Assembly: GCA_041946755.1 (NCBI GenBank)
Contig: JBHGBB010000002.1
Location: 1 to 52,234 of the forward strand
From: a bacterium
GTDB taxonomy: Bacteria > UBP4 > UBA4092 > JAOAEQ01
Length of the DNA stretch: 52,234 nt
Direction of reading: 5' to 3'
This document shows, piece by piece, positions 26,430-34,595 of this stretch (position 1 is the stretch's first letter; every line of letters begins with the position of its first letter). Position numbers and translations under genes: made by a program. The notes beneath the pieces are model-generated. The model was not told the DNA's origin. It ran no database searches and worked only from the letters and a program-made list of their open reading frames with translations.

Positions 26430-27089
26430 TTATAATGTAGCATTTCCGGATTCATTCATTGGTTTCGCGGGTCTGGGATATTTATAGATAAATCGAATCA
26501 GTTTAACTAATCCATAGAAGAAAAAAAGCCCACCCATGATATACCAGAAGAAAATTATTCCTAATATATTATAGGTAAACTTGATGATTGATAGAACCAA
26601 ACCGCTGATAACTGAGATAATTGCAAATAGAGAATATAATTTATTCCCGGATTTATACATTTTATCCTGGAAATATAATACCAATAACAATCCAAAAAAT
26701 ACCGGTGACCACCTGAGACACATCTCGATTATCCAGATATTTACCCCATGCCGATACATCAGATTGATTAGGGTTGGATAGACTGCCACCGGGATAACGA
26801 ATAAGAATATATAACTCCAACTTAGTTTTCCTTCTTGATCAGCATAACCAATTCGGGGATAAGTAAAATGCTCTCGAATGTATTTAAAGCTAAAAATAAA
26901 AATGAGCAATAGTAGTGAGGCAATAAATCCTATGGTATAACTATATGACGGTTGATTGACCCCTGCATTAATACGTATACTGGCAAAGCATATAAAAAAT
27001 ATTCCGATAAACAGTTCCGATAAACCATCCTGATTTATTTCCCGATATACCTTCTGTTTCAGCGCTTTTAAATCGATTTGAGAATGCAT
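26430..27089 (-). CDS. Polytopic membrane protein of unknown family (paralog B of 24118..24774)
   Basis: It has the same length, topology and conserved blocks as paralog A (FTYPRIGY, RFIYKYPRP). A sigma70-like promoter lies upstream at 27143-27172. Confidence 0.6.
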   Translation of the reverse strand: MHSQIDLKALKQKVYREINQDGLSELFIGIFFICFASIRINAGVNQPSYSYTIGFIASLLLLIFIFSFKYIREHFTYPRIGYADQEGKLSWSYIFLFVIPVAVYPTLINLMYRHGVNIWIIEMCLRWSPVFFGLLLVLYFQDKMYKSGNKLYSLFAIISVISGLVLSIIKFTYNILGIIFFWYIMGGLFFFYGLVKLIRFIYKYPRPAKPMNESGNATL

Positions 27090-27142
27090 ATTCTCTCTCC
27101 CAGAAAGACATTGTATTATAGTCTAGTTTGTAATACAGTATA

Positions 27143-27172
27143 TATTGTATGACAGTGTATATGAGCTTGTCA
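27143..27172 (-). promoter_or_regulatory. Sigma70-like promoter for membrane-protein paralog B
   Basis: On the minus strand, TTGACA (27172-27167), an 18-nt spacer and TACAAT (27148-27143). It lies about 55 nt upstream of the ATG at 27089. Confidence 0.55.
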
Positions 27173-27295
27173 AGTAAAAAATGCTGAATTATTAGAAGGT
27201 ATTTATTTAATTTATTCTGGGAAAGAATTTCTATATAACTATAATAATATCAATATTTTTAATATATAGAGACCGGTGATTTGATTTTAAGGTTT

Positions 27296-27342
27296 CTCTA
27301 CGTACTCTGCGAAAGTTTTATCTCTGCGCCCTCTGCGGTTAG
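27296..27342 (+). repeat. CTCTGCG heptad array ending in GTTAG (9-nt period)
   Basis: The units are CTCTACG (27296), CTCTGCG (27305), CTCTGCG (27322) and CTCTGCG (27331), followed by GTTAG. Confidence 0.8.
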
Positions 27343-27347
27343 CTTTT

Positions 27348-28070
27348 TTAATGTTTGCAGTCGTAGTAGAACTTGTTCGCTGCATCCTGGTTCTTCCCGC
27401 CTAACAGTTTAAATATCATGGTTGGATGCTTGAGCAGATACCAATCCCCTAACGATTCCCCTTTCCGGGAAGAAGCAATAATATGGGTTTTCCATAAGGT
27501 TTTGAATTGTTTCCCTTGCGTCTTACCATAGGATTTCAATCGTTTCGCGAAATCAAGGTCTTCTGAACTATAGAACCTTTCATCGAAACCATGAATCGCC
27601 TCGAAATCTTTTCGATAGCACCAGAATGAGCCGCCGGATATCCGATGATAGAGCATTACCAATCCTAAAGTGAAAAATAAGGCTATGGCCGAGATCAGGA
27701 TACCGAACGATACCCGGTCGGTTTTCATATTAACTCCCCCGCCGATATATTTCCCGATCGATAACGCTTTCTCGATTTCGGTTAATAGATTCGGTGCCAT
27801 CCAGCAATCCGCATCGATAGTAACGATGATTTCTCCGGTAGCGGTGGCAGCGGCAGTATTCCTGATTTTAGCCAGGTTTTTAGCGTCGGTATGAACGATT
27901 TTAGCGCCATAACTCCGGGCGATGTCTTCAGTTTTATCAGTGCAGCGGTTGATGCAAACGATGGTTTCTACTTCCCCGGGATAAGGAACGGAAGCGATTT
28001 TAATCGAATCGAGGCATTTAGGAATCAGTTTCTCTTCATTTCTAGCTGGGATGATAATAGAAAATTTCAT
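27348..28070 (-). CDS. Family 2 glycosyltransferase
   Basis: It has the N-terminus MKFSIIIPARNEEKLIPKCLDSI and a DxD-type motif, VTIDADC. The size and layout are typical of GT2. Confidence 0.85.
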   Translation of the reverse strand: MKFSIIIPARNEEKLIPKCLDSIKIASVPYPGEVETIVCINRCTDKTEDIARSYGAKIVHTDAKNLAKIRNTAAATATGEIIVTIDADCWMAPNLLTEIEKALSIGKYIGGGVNMKTDRVSFGILISAIALFFTLGLVMLYHRISGGSFWCYRKDFEAIHGFDERFYSSEDLDFAKRLKSYGKTQGKQFKTLWKTHIIASSRKGESLGDWYLLKHPTMIFKLLGGKNQDAANKFYYDCKH

Positions 28071-28080
28071 GGTATAAAAA

Positions 28081-28114
28081 TTAACCGCAGAGGACTCTGA
28101 GAAAAACTGGAGAA
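28081..28114 (-). repeat. 34-nt dispersed repeat (inverted copy of 23745-23778)
   Basis: The plus strand reads TTAACCGCAGAGGACTCTGAGAAAAACTGGAGAA. Its reverse complement differs from 23745-23778 at 3 positions. Confidence 0.85.
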
Positions 28115-28339
28115 CTCCGAGAAAATACCAACTTTCATTTTTTAGCTGTTAGTACTTAGTATTTGGTACTTGATACTTGGTACTTAGACACTTTCCCCTA
28201 CTTATTGACGTATGGGAAAGGAAAAAGGTTTATTTTATACATTCTACTATTTTACAAAACTCATCTCGCTAGCGAAGTAAGACCGAACGAGATCGATCTC
28301 GTTCGGTGCAACCCCATATAAAATCGATTGCCAATTTGA

Positions 28340-29890
28340 TTATTCGAATAGCTGCCAGGTAGACTTAATTTCCGTCGGGAAGGTTTCGTAGACTTCGAAT
28401 TCCGGGAGTCGGGCATAATTATCTATCCCGCAGTTGGTGATATAGATCCGGATATATTGGAGTTGTTTCGGATTCGGATAGATGCAGTTAACCGAACTAA
28501 ACTGCGGTGAATTATCGATAGTAAACTCGGTGGTCCAAGGGCCGGTTAATGATGAACCGGATTGAATTTCGAAATTCTTGAATGAATAGGTTATCGGCGT
28601 TTCAACCAACCCCGCCATCTGAACCCGATATCCGCTAATCGATCGGGATTGACCGAGATTAATCGCCAGCCAATGCGGGGGTGCGGTTCCGGCTGAACAC
28701 CATTTGCTACCGCCACTGATAATCCCATCAAACGCGCTATTCCCCGCATACACCGAACTGAAATTGCTATCCGTCTGCCAGGCGGTACTTAATCCGGCAA
28801 CATTGGTTCCGGCAGGAACTAACCGCGTCGGCTGAGTAGCAGTAATCGCGGCAAACTGGGTCGCCCGGGTATAATATATCGAACTCATCTGGGAATAGTC
28901 GGAGAAGAGGAACCGGTCGATTCCGAACCGGTTATCGCTATCGCCGATATCATAACTTTGCGCCTGGTATCCCCAATGCATAAACCCCCGGGATGCCCGG
29001 GTATCCAGCCATTTAATTATCTGGGTTTGGGTATTAACCGTTCGATTGCCATAGGTCGATTCAAACCCGAACTCTTCGATTACCAACGGTTTCCCTACCC
29101 GGGAATGGACCGTCCAATTCTGGGTCTGGTCATCCCCGTTATAACTATGGAAGGTTATAAAATCGAAATAGGGGCTGGTATAGAGAGTAGTTCCAGCGGT
29201 CTCCCCGATTTGGGTATGGTCGATACTTAAGAATCCGGTGGTCACCATATGAGTTGTATCAATGGATTTTATGGTAGACGCAACTGTCATCGCAAACTCG
29301 ATAATATTATTCGGGGTTTTGATATCGGTCAGTTCATTGCCTAATTCCCAGGCGAAAATAGCATTATGATCTTTCAATTGGGTTACCGCTAACTGAACGA
29401 AAGGCAGATAATTGTTCCGATACCCGCTCGCAAACCAAACATCGTCGAGGAGTGTATATCCCCCCGGCTGGGTAGAATAATAGCTGAAATCGCCTAATGG
29501 GCAATATCCGGTATTATATACATCAGTTAAACAGATGATAGCTTTCAATCCTTTCGTTTCCATTTTATCGAGAACATTCTTTAAACGATTAACATTCTCC
29601 TGATGAGTGGTGTTTGATGCCGGGGCGAATATCCGAACCACTTTCCCGCCAAACGATTTAACCCCATCAAGATTCTCATCGATTTGCCCGGAAGTAGGAT
29701 AGGTTAACGGATACCCATACCCATAATGGACCAACCCCCGGATATTCATACCGACAAACCGGTATGCGGTATTGTTCAGATAAAATTCAGTACCATAGGG
29801 TTTAACGACTTCAGATGAACTAGCATAGAGTAAAGAGGTTAGAAATAAGAGGAAAATAATACCGAGAATAATGAATTTATAGATATGCAT
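28340..29890 (-). CDS. Secreted GH5-like glycoside hydrolase (mannanase/cellulase type) fused to a C-terminal F5/8 type C (discoidin/CBM32-like) domain
   Basis: It has a signal peptide. The acid/base block is IFAWELGNELTD and the nucleophile block is KPLVIEEFGF. The C-terminal segment NSAFDGIISGGSKWCSAGTAPPHWLAINLGQSRSISGYRV is discoidin-like. Confidence 0.75.
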   Translation of the reverse strand: MHIYKFIILGIIFLLFLTSLLYASSSEVVKPYGTEFYLNNTAYRFVGMNIRGLVHYGYGYPLTYPTSGQIDENLDGVKSFGGKVVRIFAPASNTTHQENVNRLKNVLDKMETKGLKAIICLTDVYNTGYCPLGDFSYYSTQPGGYTLLDDVWFASGYRNNYLPFVQLAVTQLKDHNAIFAWELGNELTDIKTPNNIIEFAMTVASTIKSIDTTHMVTTGFLSIDHTQIGETAGTTLYTSPYFDFITFHSYNGDDQTQNWTVHSRVGKPLVIEEFGFESTYGNRTVNTQTQIIKWLDTRASRGFMHWGYQAQSYDIGDSDNRFGIDRFLFSDYSQMSSIYYTRATQFAAITATQPTRLVPAGTNVAGLSTAWQTDSNFSSVYAGNSAFDGIISGGSKWCSAGTAPPHWLAINLGQSRSISGYRVQMAGLVETPITYSFKNFEIQSGSSLTGPWTTEFTIDNSPQFSSVNCIYPNPKQLQYIRIYITNCGIDNYARLPEFEVYETFPTEIKSTWQLFE

Positions 29891-29921
29891 ATAGTAGAAT
29901 ATATATTATCTAATATTATAC

Positions 29922-30125
29922 TGTGGAGTGCGGTAGTTCTACTACCGCTGTGTTTTTCATCTCGATAATATTACCTGTAACTGCATAGCGAGAGTAGAAC
30001 TCTCGCATTCCAAAGCTAGCGTATTCCAAAGATGTGGATTGCGGTAGTTCTACTACCGCTGTATTTTTCAGTTCGATAATATTACCGATAACTGCATAGC
30101 GAGAGTAAAACTCTCGCACTTCACA
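29922..30125. repeat. Two tandem composite REP units (111-bp period) 3' of the RAYT gene
   Basis: Each unit is TGTGGA(G/T)T, then hairpin GCGGTAGTTCTACTACCGC (29930-29948; 30041-30059), then a ~40-nt spacer, then hairpin GCGAGAGTA(G/A)AACTCTCGC (29988-30006; 30099-30117). Confidence 0.9.
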
Positions 30126-30665
30126 TCAAAAATCATCCTTAATCGATACTCTATCAGTTTTAAATGATACTACCGTACGATATAATCCCGAATCGGCATA
30201 CAATTTAAACCAGTTCATTGAACACCATTGATAATTTTCCGCTATCGGAATAATACCATGTTTAACCGGATTGGTATGTACATAATGCAACCGAGCCAAA
30301 TAACTTTTTTCGCTGGTTATACAGGTATCATAATATTGAAACCATATTTTCCGATGCGGGGTTTGGTCTTTCCGATTAACCGCTTTCGCGGTAAGTGAAT
30401 GTACCGCTTGAATCAGTGAATGAAGCGAATCCACCTTCATCGGAGCTAAGGCAACGAAATGATAATGATTCTGCATAATTGCCCAAGCTTGTAATTCCCA
30501 GCCGAATTTAGTTGCTTGTTCAAACAAGGTATCCTGGACTAACGATAATCTCTCCGGAGTATTAAAAATCCGATCTTTCCGATAGGTACCAGCGGTAACG
30601 ATATAGGTAGCATCCGGGATAAAACGATGCGATGGACTATGAGCCCAATCGGTTCTGGTATTCAT
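30126..30665 (-). CDS. REP-associated tyrosine transposase (RAYT; IS200/IS605 Y1 HUH family)
   Basis: The HUH motif is NHYHFVAL and the catalytic Tyr block is LHYVHTNPVKHGI. The size (179 aa) fits. Palindromic REP units flank it on both sides. Confidence 0.8.
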   Translation of the reverse strand: MNTRTDWAHSPSHRFIPDATYIVTAGTYRKDRIFNTPERLSLVQDTLFEQATKFGWELQAWAIMQNHYHFVALAPMKVDSLHSLIQAVHSLTAKAVNRKDQTPHRKIWFQYYDTCITSEKSYLARLHYVHTNPVKHGIIPIAENYQWCSMNWFKLYADSGLYRTVVSFKTDRVSIKDDF

Positions 30666-30675
30666 AGAGTTATTA

Positions 30676-30899
30676 TGTGGAGTGCGGTAGTTCTACTACC
30701 GCTGTGCCTTTCAGACGATTCATTTCTCGATAACAGTATATAACTGCATAGCGAGAGTAGAACTCTCGCACTCCAAAGTGTACGTACTCCAAAGAATGTG
30801 GACTGCGGTAGTTCTACTACCGCTGTGCCTTTCAGATGATTCGTTTCTCGACAACAATATATAACTGCATAGCGAGAGTAGAACTCTCGCACTCCAAAG
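30676..30899. repeat. Two tandem composite REP units (121-bp period) 5' of the RAYT gene
   Basis: The same two hairpins occur at 30684-30702 / 30751-30769 and at 30805-30823 / 30872-30890. Each unit ends in ACTCCAAAG. Orientation matches the downstream pair. Confidence 0.9.
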
Positions 30900-30926
30900 C
30901 TCTAGCGAGCAAAAAATAGTTCGATT

Positions 30927-33900
30927 TTATTTCAACTTAAACTCGACCCGGGAATTACTTTCTTTCTCTTTCTTTTCCGGGGCCAGTTGTTTCGGTTCAG
31001 TTAAGAATAATCGTTCGGGTTTAACTTTAGTAGTAGCGATAATAAACTGTTGTACCGATTTCGCCCGGTCAGCAGCTAATTGTTTTAAATCGTCATCTGT
31101 AATAGTAATATGCTCCCGAATAAGTTTCTCCATTTCCGGTACCGGCTGGGATTTAATTAAACCGATAGCGTTCTTTTCTTTAGCAAATTTTTCTTTTTTG
31201 TAAACGATAGTGAGATACCGTTCATATTCTTTAGGGTCGATAACCACCTGGTCTACCGGCCGGTCAGATTCGCCTTGTTTAATCAGGTCTTGCAACTTTA
31301 GCGACTTCAATTTTCGGGAGAAAGTAAGTTCCCGTAACGCTTCCCGATCCTTATCCGGATCAACATATCCGGTAATTTCAAGCTGTAACGCCGGCCGTTT
31401 TACCAGCGCATCAACCAGTTTATTCATCTTCTGGATATTAGCATCGGTTATCTGATAACTTCCGGGATCGAACTCCAGATATGCGAACTCTTCCGCATTC
31501 CCACCGAGAATCGCGCCCAGTAAACTGAATGGCGAAGTCACCGCTTTCGTTAAAATATTAACAATTATCTTGATGATGATAGTGCCTACCCTAAACTTCG
31601 GATCGTCTAAACTGCCGGAAATCGGGAGGTCTAGATGGATTTCGCCGTTTAAATCTTTCAATAGCGCTACCCCGAGTTTAACCGGTAATTTCACCGCGTC
31701 CGGACTATCGACTTTATCCCCGAAATCGAACTGGTCCAGGAAAACCGTATTCTTCGAATCCAGTTTCCGTTTATCTACCAAACAATTCACATCCAGGAAT
31801 AATTTCCCTTTTTTAACGGTATACCCGACATATTTCCCGGAAAACGGGGTTAATGAATTCATATCCAGATTTTTCATTCCGAGTTTTAAATCGATATATA
31901 AATTCTCGCGTAATGGGTTAATCTTCCCAGTAATAAGAATCGGGGCGGTATTATCGAGTTTCCCGGTTAAAGTAATATCTCCGACCGTGGTTTCTTCCGA
32001 AGTCAGCCCGGTAATCTGGCAGGTCATATTATCGAATGAGGTGATATATGCCGGAGTCATCGATTTATCCGCGAAATTAATCTTGCCGTTATTTAAAGTA
32101 ATCCGGTCGATTTTAATCAGTTTACTCGCCGGTTGTTCAGTTGGTTTAGTAGTATTGACAGCAGTAGTTAGTGTGGTTTCATTGGAAACAATAATATCCG
32201 ATAAATTAATGGTACTATCCGCATTAATCATTAAATTGGTATAGAACTCAGTCAACCCGATTTCCTGGATATGGATATTCATCGGCTCAGAAGTAACGGA
32301 GATCCCATCTATATCAAACGAATTCCATTTTAAGAAATCCGCGCCAGTCGATTTCTCTTTAGAAACAAACTCCGCTACCTTCGCCTGGCCGGTATAAGTT
32401 ATTACCGGCGTTCCGGTCTGATTAGTATGATATGCTACCGCACCGGTGACCGATGCATACCCGCTGGTAATCAGGATTTTTAGTTTATCTTCGATATATG
32501 GCTGGAGTAATGATACTTCCAATTTCTGCAACGCCAGATCTGATTGCAAGGTTAGCGGACTAATCGTTAACCAGCCGGAAGTAGTCAAACTCCCTTTCTT
32601 ATCGAACTGGCATGCTAGATTCACTCGCGCTTTCCCATTCGTACTCGCATTCGATAGATTCCCGATATTCAGTTTTAGGTCGGTTAGCTTGATTTCCGCC
32701 GGCCGTGCCGGAGTCTGGTCGGTCCAGTTGATATTATATTTATCGATGAGAATGCGGTCGATTTTAGCTACCCATTGCGATTCAGGTTTAGTATTAGTCT
32801 GCTGAACTGGAATAGTAGTATTGGTATTTCCCACATTAAATAGTGAATCGAATGAGAATTGGCCGGATGGATATCGTTCTACCATTAATTTCCCTTGTGA
32901 AGTATTAACTTCTTTAATCGTAACGGTTTTTTTCAGAATATTGATTGCCATATCTTTAACCGCAAACTTAGGGATAGTAATAAAATCCGGGATTCCCGTA
33001 GATTTCTTTAGTTTTAGATTATCGATATTAACCGTAACCGCAGAAAAAAGAAGGATCGGTTTAGTAGAATCTACTGAAATATTGTAATTTCCAGCAAGTT
33101 GGCATTTCCCTTCCGGTACTTCAAATAAGATTTGGTCCTGATAATAAGGAGCATACTTTTTAAACGGAAGCCCATTAACCGTTACCATACCCTGGGAAAT
33201 GAATGGTTCGATAATAAAATTACCTACTGCATTAATCTGTTCTTTATCTTTGGTAGTCAGCGCAAGTTCATATCTTGCCGAACTAACAGTAGAGGTACTA
33301 ACCTGTTCCGCTTTCAAGTCGAAAGGATCGATAATCGTCTGGAAAGGTTTAGTTGGAGTATAATCTTTAAACCCGATATGCGCTTGTTCTATCCGAAAAG
33401 AATCGATATCAATCTGGGTAGAACCCGATTCGGTTTTCTTTTCAGATTTCGGTTTTAATACTTCCAGATTAAATTTCCCGTTCTTGTTCCGGACAACCTC
33501 CACGGTTGCGGAAGATAACGTTATTTCATTCAAATGCCACTGATTCCGGAAAACATCGCCGGTATTGATATCAATCCGAATCAAGGGGAATGTTAACATC
33601 GGGTTCTGTTTCAGATCCTGGATTTCGAGGTTCTGGAGAGTAATCAACCCGCGGAAGATTAATGAGGGTGAACCTTTCGCCGAGTCGGTAAACGAGAAAC
33701 TGCTTCTGAAATTAGCGAAACCGGAAACCAGTTTATACTCCATCTGCATCGGAACATATGCCAGATAATAAGGAAGATCGATATGATCGAAATTGATTTC
33801 GAATTGGGTCTCCCGGGTATTAGTAAATGGTTTGGTTTTCCCATCCAATTTAACCGGCGCATTATTAACCACCGCTGAAAATGACGGCTGCACAAAAATC

Positions 33901-34463
33901 GCTTCTTTTGCCGGCAAATTTGAGATGAATGGCACATTAAAATTCAGTTGTTCGACATGATGATCGGTCTTTTTCGGAGTATCAGTAAAATGAATCGTGC
34001 CATCGCTAATCTGGATATTATTTAGAGAGAACTTCGTTTTTTTCTGCTTTTCATTCGGTGGCGGAGTCTGATTTTTCGGGATTAAATCCGAAAAGTTATA
34101 GGTTAAATCCTGGTTCCGAACGATATTTACATACGGTTTTTTTAATTTTATTTCATGAAATACATACCCGCCCCGGAAGAGAGAACTTAACTGGAAATCG
34201 AGATAGAGTTCATCAAACCCAATAAACTTCTGCTGGCTTTTCGGCTCTTTAATCTCCAAATCCGATATCGTTATTGCATAAGTATATGGATTTAGTTTGA
34301 TTTTCCCGATACTTACTTCCCGATGCAGGGTTTCAGATAATTTCTTAAGTGCATAGTTTCTAACTATCGGCGGAAGAATAAGAAACCCGAGAATGGTATA
34401 TACAATTAAAATTGCGAGAAGCCAGATCCCGATTTTTTTCTGTTTCGGTGATAGCGGTTTCAT
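30927..34463 (-). CDS. DUF748-type AsmA-like giant envelope protein
   Basis: It has an N-terminal anchor, KKIGIWLLAILIVYTILGFLILPPIVRNYALKKL, followed by SIGKIKLNPYTYAITISDLEIKEP, the typical DUF748 opening. The body is a long beta-rich repetitive region of 1,178 aa. Confidence 0.65.
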   Translation of the reverse strand: MKPLSPKQKKIGIWLLAILIVYTILGFLILPPIVRNYALKKLSETLHREVSIGKIKLNPYTYAITISDLEIKEPKSQQKFIGFDELYLDFQLSSLFRGGYVFHEIKLKKPYVNIVRNQDLTYNFSDLIPKNQTPPPNEKQKKTKFSLNNIQISDGTIHFTDTPKKTDHHVEQLNFNVPFISNLPAKEAIFVQPSFSAVVNNAPVKLDGKTKPFTNTRETQFEINFDHIDLPYYLAYVPMQMEYKLVSGFANFRSSFSFTDSAKGSPSLIFRGLITLQNLEIQDLKQNPMLTFPLIRIDINTGDVFRNQWHLNEITLSSATVEVVRNKNGKFNLEVLKPKSEKKTESGSTQIDIDSFRIEQAHIGFKDYTPTKPFQTIIDPFDLKAEQVSTSTVSSARYELALTTKDKEQINAVGNFIIEPFISQGMVTVNGLPFKKYAPYYQDQILFEVPEGKCQLAGNYNISVDSTKPILLFSAVTVNIDNLKLKKSTGIPDFITIPKFAVKDMAINILKKTVTIKEVNTSQGKLMVERYPSGQFSFDSLFNVGNTNTTIPVQQTNTKPESQWVAKIDRILIDKYNINWTDQTPARPAEIKLTDLKLNIGNLSNASTNGKARVNLACQFDKKGSLTTSGWLTISPLTLQSDLALQKLEVSLLQPYIEDKLKILITSGYASVTGAVAYHTNQTGTPVITYTGQAKVAEFVSKEKSTGADFLKWNSFDIDGISVTSEPMNIHIQEIGLTEFYTNLMINADSTINLSDIIVSNETTLTTAVNTTKPTEQPASKLIKIDRITLNNGKINFADKSMTPAYITSFDNMTCQITGLTSEETTVGDITLTGKLDNTAPILITGKINPLRENLYIDLKLGMKNLDMNSLTPFSGKYVGYTVKKGKLFLDVNCLVDKRKLDSKNTVFLDQFDFGDKVDSPDAVKLPVKLGVALLKDLNGEIHLDLPISGSLDDPKFRVGTIIIKIIVNILTKAVTSPFSLLGAILGGNAEEFAYLEFDPGSYQITDANIQKMNKLVDALVKRPALQLEITGYVDPDKDREALRELTFSRKLKSLKLQDLIKQGESDRPVDQVVIDPKEYERYLTIVYKKEKFAKEKNAIGLIKSQPVPEMEKLIREHITITDDDLKQLAADRAKSVQQFIIATTKVKPERLFLTEPKQLAPEKKEKESNSRVEFKLK

Positions 34464-34595
34464 CGTTTTAATGTCAGATAGTGGGTTTGATTGGATATAG
34501 TATATGATATTCCGGAGAACCCGAAATATCTTGACTATATTATAGCACTAAATTTACCTATCGACGGCTAATTATGATTGATGAACCAGGATATT

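Larger units (their letters stand above)
29922..30899 (-). mobile_element. REPtron: RAYT gene flanked by 2 + 2 directly oriented composite REP units
   Basis: See repeat features 29922..30125 and 30676..30899. All four units carry the same two hairpins. Confidence 0.75.

Noticed and set aside
29916-30119. A 67-aa ORF (MREFYSRYAVIGNIIELKNTAVVELPQST...) with an internally repeated peptide.
   Set aside because: It is simply the translation of the two tandem REP units, so the same 'peptide' repeats with the DNA period. It has no RBS and consists of hairpin-forming sequence. It is not a gene.
30662-30892. A 76-aa ORF beginning MREFYSRYAV, similar to the ORF at 29916..30119.
   Set aside because: The reason is the same: it reads through REP units 3 and 4 upstream of the RAYT gene. 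The similarity between the two ORFs reflects DNA repeats, not paralogous proteins.
29922-30899. A possible CRISPR array (regularly spaced palindromic repeats).
   Set aside because: There are only two units per side. The 'spacers' between hairpins are themselves conserved between units. The repeats flank a RAYT gene and no cas genes are in the window. The pattern fits REP/BIME, not CRISPR.
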